Of a stretch of DNA of 35,957 bases, positions 1 through 7,896 are shown piece by piece. A program made the position numbers and the translations under genes. The stretch comes from a virus (taxonomy: Duplodnaviria > Caudoviricetes), in the IMG/VR virus record IMGVR_UViG_3300020043_002360, positions 1 through 35,957 of that record. One strand, written 5' to 3'. Under the pieces are notes generated by a model. That model worked only from the letters and a program-made list of their open reading frames with translations. It made no database searches and was not told where the DNA came from. The first letter of the stretch is position 1; every line of letters starts with the position of its first letter.

Positions 1-1
1 T

Positions 2-109
2 TTAATTTGCAAAAAACTACTTCTTGCAGATGAGTTTGGGGTAATTGTTCACGATGACATACCGCACCCACCAGATATGTCGTTTGATGAAGATAAAAAA
101 CCGCAATAA
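2..109 (+). CDS. 3' end of a hypothetical protein (partial)
   Basis: Frame 2 is open from the window edge (LICKKLLLADEFGVIVHDDIPHPPDMSFDEDKKPQ*). The TAA at 107-109 lies just before the next RBS. Confidence 0.6.
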   Translation, partial: LICKKLLLADEFGVIVHDDIPHPPDMSFDEDKKPQ

Positions 110-111
110 CA

Positions 112-127
112 AAAGGAGAACACATGA
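112..127 (+). repeat. 16-nt gene-boundary repeat AAAGGAGAACACATGA (copy 1 of 3)
   Basis: Identical to 35589-35604 and 35780-35795. Contains the SD AAGGAG and an ATG. Confidence 0.9.
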
Positions 128-276
128 AAGCACGAAAAGTATTCATAGCCCTCATGACGGGCAAAGGTTATGCTGAATCAGAACTTGTGTGGGATGGTGA
201 GAAGTTCACCAATCAGAACATGACTACCCGATGGAATTACTTTTTGTTGGGTTGGGAAATGCGGGGGGTCATGTGA
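124..276 (+). CDS. Hypothetical protein (50 aa)
   Basis: Hand-translated MKARKVFIALMTGKGYAESELVWDGEKFTNQNMTTRWNYFLLGWEMRGVM. Strong AAGGAG RBS. Confidence 0.8.
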   Translation: MKARKVFIALMTGKGYAESELVWDGEKFTNQNMTTRWNYFLLGWEMRGVM

Positions 277-377
277 TCGAAACCATACTCACCATATTTG
301 CGATTGGGTTCCTTGGCATTGCGCTGGCCATTGGCGGCGTCTGCATCATGGTCTGGTTAGCGCTCAATGAAGACTAA
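273..377 (+). CDS. Small single-pass membrane peptide (34 aa)
   Basis: GTGA overlap with the upstream stop. MIETILTIFAIGFLGIALAIGGVCIMVWLALNED is one long hydrophobic stretch. Confidence 0.65.
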   Translation: MIETILTIFAIGFLGIALAIGGVCIMVWLALNED

Positions 378-546
378 AGGCGGCGCCAGGCCAGGCAGCG
401 GGCGCAAGCCCACACCCATCAGCGAATCCAGGGCCATAACGCTGTGGAACGAAGGCGTCACCAAGAAGGAAATTGCCAAGCGCTTTGGCGTGGACTACGC
501 GGTGATCCGATACTTCTTCAAAAAGAAACAAATGTTCAGGACATGA
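367..546 (+). CDS. Small HTH DNA-binding protein (59 aa)
   Basis: MKTKGGARPGSGRKP...LWNEGVTKKEIAKRFGVDYAVIRYFFKK: a GGxRxGxGRK basic arm followed by a helix-turn-helix pattern (EIAKRFGV). Confidence 0.75.
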   Translation: MKTKGGARPGSGRKPTPISESRAITLWNEGVTKKEIAKRFGVDYAVIRYFFKKKQMFRT

Positions 547-1012
547 ACAGCGCGGCTTCGTTTTTGCGGCGGTTCTCAAGTCCTCTGAGCACCTTGCCGC
601 CGGCTTTGCAGTATTGCAACAGCGACGCTATGGCCGCGTCTTTTTCCCCGCGAATAACCTTCTGACGGAAGGTGCTGCGCTGTAGCGTTCCCAGACCAAC
701 ATTGAAAGCAAAGCTGACGCAAGCATCGAATTGGCCTTGGGTAAGGGCAACAGGAATAAGTTGGCCCACACCGCGCTCAAAGCGCTGGAGATCGCTTCTG
801 AGAATTCCATCTACTTCGTCCTTTGAAAACGTGCGATTGTCTTCTGAACGAAGCGGGTAAGCGCCTCTTTGATCCATTGGAATTTTTGCTTGATCTGGGT
901 AAAGTACATGTCCGACTCCTATTGTCCAAAGCAGGGCTGGGCACCGATACGCCTTGTACCTGATGCCCTCATGGTGCTGGATCATCTTGATCGCGTCAGC
1001 GCTGACGTTCAT
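536..1012 (-). CDS. Endolysin, GH24 (T4-like) lysozyme
   Basis: HHEG-IRYKAYRC-PALLWTIGVGH catalytic region, QGQFDACVSFAFNVG and GLENRRKNE motifs. Start set at MNVSAD (ATGA overlap with the holin stop). Confidence 0.95.
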   Translation of the reverse strand: MNVSADAIKMIQHHEGIRYKAYRCPALLWTIGVGHVLYPDQAKIPMDQRGAYPLRSEDNRTFSKDEVDGILRSDLQRFERGVGQLIPVALTQGQFDACVSFAFNVGLGTLQRSTFRQKVIRGEKDAAIASLLQYCKAGGKVLRGLENRRKNEAALFMS

Positions 1013-1512
1013 TTTTTGAATGCCTGCCCGCCAAACCAGAAGCTCACAATGCAAGCCCAAATGATCTGGGTCTCATCGTCCCACAGGTGATTGAGCGCTA
1101 CATCAAAAGCGACGTCTGTGTGCCAGGCGTAATAAAAACCAAAAATCTCAACAAACATAAACATGGCAAACATGCCGTAGGTGATCACTGAGCGGGTCGC
1201 TGCGCGCATGTTGGTCACCCACTGAGCCGCCCCTTGACCCAGCGCAATATCGTGCGCGTAGAGCGCCTGGCGCTCTTGCATGGCCGTCTGGTTGTTGGTG
1301 ACCTCTGCGTTGATCTGAATCTGCTCAGTCTGGATGTGCTCGATGCGCTCTTGCGCTTCCAGGCCCGCTTTCTTCAATGTCAGTTCGCGCTCAGTCTGCA
1401 TGGCGGCAAGCGCCAATTCGTGCTTCTTGTCGGCGCGGTCTTGGAATAGCTCAAGGATTTTGGGCAGGCCGCCCATCAGGAAGCTGATTAGGCTGGAGAA
1501 CAGGGTTAGCAT
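1009..1512 (-). CDS. Holin (3TM, gene-transfer-agent holin-like)
   Basis: Hydrophobic N-terminus, central coiled coil, R-x-x-x-R-S-V-I-T-Y followed by two TM segments and a C-terminal FWFG motif. Directly upstream of the lysozyme. Confidence 0.8.
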   Translation of the reverse strand: MLTLFSSLISFLMGGLPKILELFQDRADKKHELALAAMQTERELTLKKAGLEAQERIEHIQTEQIQINAEVTNNQTAMQERQALYAHDIALGQGAAQWVTNMRAATRSVITYGMFAMFMFVEIFGFYYAWHTDVAFDVALNHLWDDETQIIWACIVSFWFGGQAFKK

Positions 1513-1514
1513 TT

Positions 1515-1970
1515 TTAACCTTTCAATTCAAAACTAAGATTGGTATGGCGCGGGTACTGCACAACACGCTCACCCTCGGGGCATTTGTATTTGATGGTCG
1601 CCAGCAAAGTTGCCTTGCCTTCAGCAATCTTTTCTTTTCTCACCATGGTGAGTTGGTACGTAAACGTGTCGATCTCTGGGCCTGCTGGGCCGCTAAACCT
1701 GCTTGCGGTGGTGGTCGCCTCATGCACCATACCATTTGCGTCCCGAATGCTTGGGGTGAAACTTTCAACAGAGCAGTCGTCGCGCTTCTTGATCCGCGCA
1801 ACGGTGACGTTGATCGGCTGCCCAGCCTCCGCTACGATCTTGAAATGCTCTGGTGACCATTCAAGGATGGCCCTATCAAACCAACCAAACTTGTCGGCCA
1901 GCGTGTAGCTGCCGCCCAGTGCGGCAACGCTTGCGGCAACAGCACCAATGGCTTTGGTGAGATCAATCAT
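1515..1970 (-). CDS. Hypothetical membrane-anchored protein in the lysis cluster
   Basis: Likely start MIDLTKAIGAVAASVAALGG (hydrophobic anchor), then a beta-rich domain with two Cys. Confidence 0.75.
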   Translation of the reverse strand: MIDLTKAIGAVAASVAALGGSYTLADKFGWFDRAILEWSPEHFKIVAEAGQPINVTVARIKKRDDCSVESFTPSIRDANGMVHEATTTASRFSGPAGPEIDTFTYQLTMVRKEKIAEGKATLLATIKYKCPEGERVVQYPRHTNLSFELKG

Positions 1971-2250
1971 CTTTTTTCTTTTCCTCTTCAACTTGCTTAC
2001 GCAGTTTCTCCACTTTTTCCATCTGGGCCTTGGCCTCGCGTTTGACGACCATGGTGTCCACCAGCATCATACCGACCAACGGCAACATCAACACGAACAC
2101 AAACGCAAACAGGACTAGAACAAAGAGATACCCCGATGATGGAGACTTATCAACCACATCAGGCAGATCAGGTAAGCGGCCACGAAAGCTACCACCACCG
2201 TTTCCAGCGTTCTGTCCAATATCCGATTTTTTAACCTTCGTCGCCGCCAT
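1963..2250 (-). CDS. Hypothetical single-TM coiled-coil protein
   Basis: TM segment YLFVLVLFAFVFVLMLPLVGMMLV followed by a charged coiled coil. Fills the gap between neighbours. Start uncertain (136-bp overlap with the upstream gene). Confidence 0.7.
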   Translation of the reverse strand: MAATKVKKSDIGQNAGNGGGSFRGRLPDLPDVVDKSPSSGYLFVLVLFAFVFVLMLPLVGMMLVDTMVVKREAKAQMEKVEKLRKQVEEEKKKDD

Positions 2251-2663
2251 TCAGCCACCCGTTTTTTGTGCAATTCCAGCGCGTTTGCTTCAGCTTTTTG
2301 ATCTAGCAGGCGCTGGTACTCTTCAACAATGTCTTTCCAGAGGTCGGGCATGCCCAACTCCCAGCGCACCATTCTCTCAAGATCAGCGTAGAACTGCTTA
2401 GTCTGGCGCAAATACATGACATTGTCTATGGCTTGTGTGGCTAGGTCGTCTTTGACTCCTTCGTTGCGCTGGGCCTGCGCCTTCTCATGGCTGGCCTCCA
2501 GTTCGGCGTGGCCCTTGAAGAAGCTCGATAGCGCCCCGCCAACCTCGCTGGTGATCTTGGACAGGTCGTTGCCCGTCTTCTTCAGGTCTTGATAGACCGA
2601 TATGCACCCCTTTATGCCTTCGTAGGCGCCTTTGCACAGGGCAAAAGCCGTGATGGGATCCAC
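2115..2663 (-). CDS. Hypothetical helical protein with C-terminal TM segment
   Basis: 182-aa ORF in the operon. Amphipathic N-terminus MDPITAFALCKGAYEGIK and C-terminal TM VVVAFVAAYLICLMWLI. Confidence 0.8.
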   Translation of the reverse strand: MDPITAFALCKGAYEGIKGCISVYQDLKKTGNDLSKITSEVGGALSSFFKGHAELEASHEKAQAQRNEGVKDDLATQAIDNVMYLRQTKQFYADLERMVRWELGMPDLWKDIVEEYQRLLDQKAEANALELHKKRVAEWRRRRLKNRILDRTLETVVVAFVAAYLICLMWLISLHHRGISLF

Positions 2664-2664
2664 C

Positions 2665-2889
2665 TCACTTGTCAGCCTTGTTGTCGAGCTTGTCGAAAAT
2701 TTTGCCCAACAAGTCGCGCATCTCGCGGATGTCGGCCTTGTAGTCGTCGCGGCTCACGTAGTCGTGGGGCATGCTGCGCACGTCGCTATCGAGCCGGTCG
2801 ATGGCGATGTAGATGCGGTTGAGCGTCCACCCGCCGAAGAACCCGGCGATGGCCACGGCGATGTTGAAGAGTACTTGGTAGTCCATCAT
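2665..2889 (-). CDS. Small membrane protein (N-terminal TM plus coiled coil)
   Basis: VLFNIAVAIAGFFGGWTL TM, then YVSRDDYKADIREMRDLLGKIFDKLDNKADK. ATGA overlap with the upstream gene. Confidence 0.8.
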   Translation of the reverse strand: MMDYQVLFNIAVAIAGFFGGWTLNRIYIAIDRLDSDVRSMPHDYVSRDDYKADIREMRDLLGKIFDKLDNKADK

Positions 2890-5330
2890 GGCGCCAGTGC
2901 GTTGCGGTTTTCTGATGCAGGCATTTGCGCAGCGGCAGCAGCAGCGCGGGGCGCAATTTGCTTTGCCAGTTGGTTTGTTGCTTGCTGTTGAGCTTGTCTG
3001 GACATCGCTTTTTGGATGGACTCCGCAGTGACTGCTGGGCTCAACATTTCACGCGCCAGTTCCATGGCCAACTTATCGTCCACAATGCCCAGCAGTCGTT
3101 TGACCACCGCGTTGTAGATGGTGATGGGCATGGACAGAATAGACGGCGCAGGCACCACGCCGGTTTCTTTACCGGCTTGAGTTGCTATCTGGCTTACATC
3201 TTTGCCGCTCTTTCTGCCTGCGGACGCCAAGCGCTCAAACTCAGCTTCGCGGGCTAAGTCGTCGCGCACTGAATTGATCGCGGTCAATTGACGGTTGTCT
3301 AACCCTTTGGTCAACTCGCTAATGCGCGCTTCCACCGCCAAGGCGTTAGACCCAGGAGGCAAAGCGGGGGCCAACTTGTTGCCGCTGGCTTTGGCCATGT
3401 CTTCAACGCGCGCCAAGCGCTGCGCATCTTTGTTGATGACATCAAACCGCTGACGCAAGTTCATCCCAGCGGCATCGTAGATGTCAATCGTGCGCCCGTA
3501 ATCCCGCATAAAGTTAGCGTGCGACATGCCGCCTTGCGCAACCTTTTTGCGGTAGACGTCTTCAATACCCGCCCGTGCAATTTTTAGCGCGTCTGGGTTG
3601 TTGCCAAACAACTGGGTAAATTGCCGCGCTTCCGACTCGCCGTTGGGCGTGAAATAGCGGTTTATGACATCTTCAGGCCGAATTTTGTCTTCGCCCAAAC
3701 TGGTGCGTTTGAACAAGTTGGCGTTGACGCCTTCTTTGAACCTGGGCGCGTATTCAGTGCGGTACTTATTCACAGCGTCGGCGTACAACGTCTTGGCCTC
3801 ATCGGCCAAGGTGGTGCTTTTGCCAATTGCATCATCGACAGCGGCGTGCAGTTGACGCAAGTTGCGCAGAGTCGTCGGCGCCATCGGCGCGTTGCTGGTG
3901 CTGGCCGCAGCAATATCAGCGTTAATTGCTTTACGCACATCATCAAGGTCTTGTAGCGTGGCCTGTGGCGGCAACGCTGGCGGCGCAGGCGTTTTTAATT
4001 TGCTAGATATGAGCCCGCCACCGACAGGCTTTGGCGCCGGGGGAGTAGGCACAAAGCTAAGAAGTTTGCGAACCGTGTCAGGCGCGGTTTCAGTAGCAAA
4101 AGACGACAGCTTTCGATCCAAAATGCGTTCGGCGTCAGCGATGACATTTGAGACGTCAATTTTGGCATCGCCCGCAGCGTCAAACGCGGCCTTGTACGCA
4201 GGTTGAGTTACCTTAGTTTTGACAGCTTGTCTTTCAACGTTGGCCGCAGTGGTCAAAGCATCGCCTATTTCAGACGGACTGACATCCACCAAATTACGGT
4301 CGATCTTTGCTTGCAGTTTGCCTGCAACATCTTGGAACCGTTGTTGAGCACGCGCTTCTTGCGCTAATCGGGCTTGGTTTGTCTGCGCAGCCGCCCCGGC
4401 GTATTCAGTTGCCACGCCAGGTAACTCGGACAGCTCTTGTTGCAAAGCAGAAAATTTAGCCCCGCCAGCAGGCGCGGCCACTTGACCCGCAGTTGGTGCG
4501 GAGCCGGGAACAATTACGGCGCCCTTGTCACGCAAGGCGTTGACAATATCTTGGCCTTTACCTTCAACGGCGTCCAAGTATGTGGCTGATTTTAGGTCTG
4601 CAATTTTGCGCCCGTATTTCACCGCTTTACCAACCAACGGTGCCACTACCGTAGGCACGGCAGCGCCTATGGCCGCGCCCATGCCGGTGTCTTCTGGGTT
4701 GACTGCCGCAGCAGACACACCGCCCACCACAGCGCCGCCTACGCCTTTTGTCGCTACGTTGGCCACGCCCGGTTTAAGGCCGGTTTGGAACCCGGCGCTT
4801 TCAATAGACGTAGCCAGCGGCGTCAAAAATCTCGCCAACGACGGGGCCATCTGGGCCGCTTTTTTTATCGGCGCGGCGATTGCACCACCCACCGGCAACG
4901 TGCCTACTATTTGGCCACCTATGCGGCCAACTTCTCCACCCATTAGATTGCCGTAATTCTGTTCGTATTGTTGTTTCTGTTGCGCCGATATATCGCGCGC
5001 GCCTTTAATGCCCAATGCTTCTGTGGCCGCGATTGCCGCAGTGTCGGTGATGTCTTGTAAGCCTCGGTAAAAACCAACAAAAGGCGCAACTATTGCTCTT
5101 TTAGTGGGGCTTGCGGATGCAACTCCATACGCAGATGGGCCTGCACGCGGGCCAGGTATTTCAGAAGGCGGCGCAGCAGCAGGCGCATCATCGGTGAGCC
5201 ATTTGTTGTCTACAAGGTACGCTTTTACGCCTTCCTTATTGGTGGCAGACTGTGTGATCGGCTTCCACTGGTCGCCAACCAAAACAACACGTTCGCCGGT
5301 AGTGGGGTTGGTTGCAGTTTGCAAGCTCAT
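2886..5330 (-). CDS. Large internal virion / DNA ejection protein (P22 gp16 position)
   Basis: 814 aa, Ala/Gly-rich helical protein with hydrophobic Gly-rich segments. Third of three ejection-type genes after the tail genes. Confidence 0.7.
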   Translation of the reverse strand: MSLQTATNPTTGERVVLVGDQWKPITQSATNKEGVKAYLVDNKWLTDDAPAAAPPSEIPGPRAGPSAYGVASASPTKRAIVAPFVGFYRGLQDITDTAAIAATEALGIKGARDISAQQKQQYEQNYGNLMGGEVGRIGGQIVGTLPVGGAIAAPIKKAAQMAPSLARFLTPLATSIESAGFQTGLKPGVANVATKGVGGAVVGGVSAAAVNPEDTGMGAAIGAAVPTVVAPLVGKAVKYGRKIADLKSATYLDAVEGKGQDIVNALRDKGAVIVPGSAPTAGQVAAPAGGAKFSALQQELSELPGVATEYAGAAAQTNQARLAQEARAQQRFQDVAGKLQAKIDRNLVDVSPSEIGDALTTAANVERQAVKTKVTQPAYKAAFDAAGDAKIDVSNVIADAERILDRKLSSFATETAPDTVRKLLSFVPTPPAPKPVGGGLISSKLKTPAPPALPPQATLQDLDDVRKAINADIAAASTSNAPMAPTTLRNLRQLHAAVDDAIGKSTTLADEAKTLYADAVNKYRTEYAPRFKEGVNANLFKRTSLGEDKIRPEDVINRYFTPNGESEARQFTQLFGNNPDALKIARAGIEDVYRKKVAQGGMSHANFMRDYGRTIDIYDAAGMNLRQRFDVINKDAQRLARVEDMAKASGNKLAPALPPGSNALAVEARISELTKGLDNRQLTAINSVRDDLAREAEFERLASAGRKSGKDVSQIATQAGKETGVVPAPSILSMPITIYNAVVKRLLGIVDDKLAMELAREMLSPAVTAESIQKAMSRQAQQQATNQLAKQIAPRAAAAAAQMPASENRNALAP

Positions 5331-5333
5331 GTT

Positions 5334-6755
5334 TTACCTTTGATCTGGGACAAATCCAGCCGGCGGTGCAATCTGTGCAGGCCCAGCACCTTCAGCAGCC
5401 ATATCGGTAGTTACAAACTGGTTTTTGCGCTCTGTCATTATGCGAAGAACAGTTTTACCCGCTTCTTTTCTGATTGCTGTGGGAAGCGTAGGGTCAGCCA
5501 ATTGACCCGCAGCTTCTTTGTAAGACTGAGTGTCTTTGTTTGATTGTGGCCCTTCAAACCGAGGAACCATTTTCAACACTAAGTCTGCAATCGGCGCGAT
5601 CTTCCCAATTGCAATTGCGCCTTTTGTTGCTTGGCCAACAAAGCCTGCACCAATGTCAACTAATCGACCTGCACCGCTACCAGTAGATTGGTCAATCAAC
5701 CCGCCATCTTTTGTAATGTCGCCTAGCTGTGTGATTGCAAAACCAAGGTCTTTACCCATTTGCGTTCGTTGCAGCGTAAGTTTTTCGGCAGTAGCCGACG
5801 GTCTTGCCCCGCCGATTACGCCGGGCGACCCTGCGCCGCCGCCTTGATACGTGCGGGCATCAACTTGCAAGAAACTGCCTGGCTTGTTTGGGTCTTCAAT
5901 CGTTGTGATTGTGGGTGCAACGGGTTGCAAAGGCGCGCGGCTGGCGTTGGCAATTCGTATTCTTTGTGCTTCTTCGGCTGAGGTCAAAATACGATCCTGA
6001 CGTTGCGCGTCACGAAACGCTACGTAGCCCGCTTGTGTATTTGGATAACCCAACATTTGCATCGTGCGAACATCGGCAGGCGTTGCTTCAGGTATGTTGC
6101 CAATTACTCGGCCCGCAGAATCCAAAATAGCCGAGCCAGGCGCGGCGGTGTTTACTTTAGACGCCAAAGCAATTTCTGCATTTAGCGACTGAACAGCAGC
6201 CGCAGCGCGAGGATCATCTACCAGTAACAACGCATCACGCCTAGCGCGTAACGCATTTATATCGCGCCCTGCGGGAGCAGCGGGGGCAGCAGCCGCAGGA
6301 GCGGGCGCAAGTTGATTGGTGCGCGGCTCGGGGGCCATACCAAACGTACCCGAACCCAACGCGCCAGTTTGCATGGTTGGTGCCAACGCATTGGTCGCGG
6401 GTGCTGCGGGTGCTGCCCCCTGCGGGGCGTTGCCCAAATTCATAGCGCGTTCAAACGCTGATCTAGCGTCCAATTTCTGGCGCAAGTTAATACCAAACTC
6501 CATGAACTTGGGATTGCCTGAATTGATATAGGCGTTAGCAATCTGGTTTATATCAGCCGGGCCGCCATGCTCTACAGCCTTGGCTTGGATTTGTTGAAGC
6601 GTTGCTTCATCGCGGCGCATCTGATCAAGCTGCATTTGGCTAACTTGATTTTGATTTTGCATCGATTGAATTTGCGCAACTTGGGCGTACTGGGCCAACG
6701 GGTTGGCCACTTCAACGCCTCGGACGCCTAGCGCAATGTTTGGGTCAAGTGCCAT
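5334..6755 (-). CDS. DNA ejection protein (P22 gp20 position)
   Basis: 473 aa, Gln/Ala-rich N-terminus and C-terminal VPRFEGPQSNKD segment. Synteny between gp7-like and gp16-like genes. Confidence 0.7.
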   Translation of the reverse strand: MALDPNIALGVRGVEVANPLAQYAQVAQIQSMQNQNQVSQMQLDQMRRDEATLQQIQAKAVEHGGPADINQIANAYINSGNPKFMEFGINLRQKLDARSAFERAMNLGNAPQGAAPAAPATNALAPTMQTGALGSGTFGMAPEPRTNQLAPAPAAAAPAAPAGRDINALRARRDALLLVDDPRAAAAVQSLNAEIALASKVNTAAPGSAILDSAGRVIGNIPEATPADVRTMQMLGYPNTQAGYVAFRDAQRQDRILTSAEEAQRIRIANASRAPLQPVAPTITTIEDPNKPGSFLQVDARTYQGGGAGSPGVIGGARPSATAEKLTLQRTQMGKDLGFAITQLGDITKDGGLIDQSTGSGAGRLVDIGAGFVGQATKGAIAIGKIAPIADLVLKMVPRFEGPQSNKDTQSYKEAAGQLADPTLPTAIRKEAGKTVLRIMTERKNQFVTTDMAAEGAGPAQIAPPAGFVPDQR

Positions 6756-6763
6756 GGTTTACC

Positions 6764-7531
6764 TCAAAAAGGTGTGTCAATCATTCCAGCGCGGCTGCCG
6801 GTGCCGTAGTCGCCGCCGCCATATCCACCGCCACCACCGTAGTAGGGGTTCATACTGACATTACGGTTGTTTAGTGCGTTAACCAAGTTATTGCCTTGGT
6901 TGTAGTTTAGATAGGTGCTCAAGCCGCCGGTCAAAGCATTGGCCGTACCAACTTGGCCTGCTGCGCTTGCGGCTGCGCCTGATGTCATTAAGTTGCCCAT
7001 GTTAGTGGCGGCGTTTTGCCCAGCAGCGCCAATTTGACCCGTGGCCGTCTGACCAATGCCTGCAAGAGCCGCCAGACGGTTGTAGCCCGTGGCTTCACGC
7101 GCCACGTCGGCGTTGTAACCCGTCAGCGCCCGGTTGTAGGCGTTCTGATATTCCTGACTGCCCAAGTCTTGGCCAAACCGTTGTGCGGCCTTCAGCGCCC
7201 CACCAGAGATCATGCCGCCTCTGGCGGCGGCGCTTCGATCCAGCGCCTTTTGGCCTTCTGACAATCGGAACGCATAGCCAGGGTCTTGCCCCAAGTTAAC
7301 TTGACCTGTAAACGCTCCCGGCATCATGTTGCGTTGCGCTTCAAGCTGGGGCAACGCACGCACGCCAGCTTGGCGAAATGGCTCTTGCAACGCCGCTTGT
7401 TCTCTGAACATTTGCAATTGCGCATCAGACGCGCGGCTGGCAGCGTCTGCCTGAGTGCTGGCTGCGCTGCGCGATGCGCTGCCGCCCAATAGTGCGCCGC
7501 CAAAAATTGCGGCGGGGATCATCCAAGCCAT
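6764..7531 (-). CDS. DNA transfer/ejection protein (P22 gp7-like)
   Basis: Hydrophobic Gly/Ala N-terminus and DPGYAFRLSEGQKALDRSAAARGGMISGGALKA motif typical of gp7-like proteins. Confidence 0.8.
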   Translation of the reverse strand: MAWMIPAAIFGGALLGGSASRSAASTQADAASRASDAQLQMFREQAALQEPFRQAGVRALPQLEAQRNMMPGAFTGQVNLGQDPGYAFRLSEGQKALDRSAAARGGMISGGALKAAQRFGQDLGSQEYQNAYNRALTGYNADVAREATGYNRLAALAGIGQTATGQIGAAGQNAATNMGNLMTSGAAASAAGQVGTANALTGGLSTYLNYNQGNNLVNALNNRNVSMNPYYGGGGGYGGGDYGTGSRAGMIDTPF

Positions 7532-7532
7532 A

Positions 7533-7895
7533 TCAAACTCCTTCGCTTAAAAGCTGTGCAATTTTATGCACTTGTCGATTATCCACAGGTGCAATGATCA
7601 CGTCATCAATCTCATTTTCGTCGGTGCAATCAGTTGCATGAATACAGTACCAAACAACGTCTGTCAAAGAGCGAATGCCGTGGTGTTTGCCCGCCTTAAC
7701 AGTTATGCACGCCGGGGCGTGCATCACGGTAGAGTCACCATCGACAATTAACTCAACTGAGCCTTTAGCCAGCACAGACAAATGATCAAACTTGTGCGTG
7801 TGCTGAACCAACCATTTGTCGGCGGGAATAAATGTTTCCTTGGCGTAAACGCCGCCGCCAAAATGATGCTGGATGTCAGGCTCAATAAACTTCAT
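7533..7895 (-). CDS. Cupin-fold protein
   Basis: Start at MKFIEPD. Cupin motif 1 (QHTHKFDHLSVLAKG) and motif 2 (VKAGKHHGIRSL). Confidence 0.85.
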   Translation of the reverse strand: MKFIEPDIQHHFGGGVYAKETFIPADKWLVQHTHKFDHLSVLAKGSVELIVDGDSTVMHAPACITVKAGKHHGIRSLTDVVWYCIHATDCTDENEIDDVIIAPVDNRQVHKIAQLLSEGV

Positions 7896-7896
7896 T

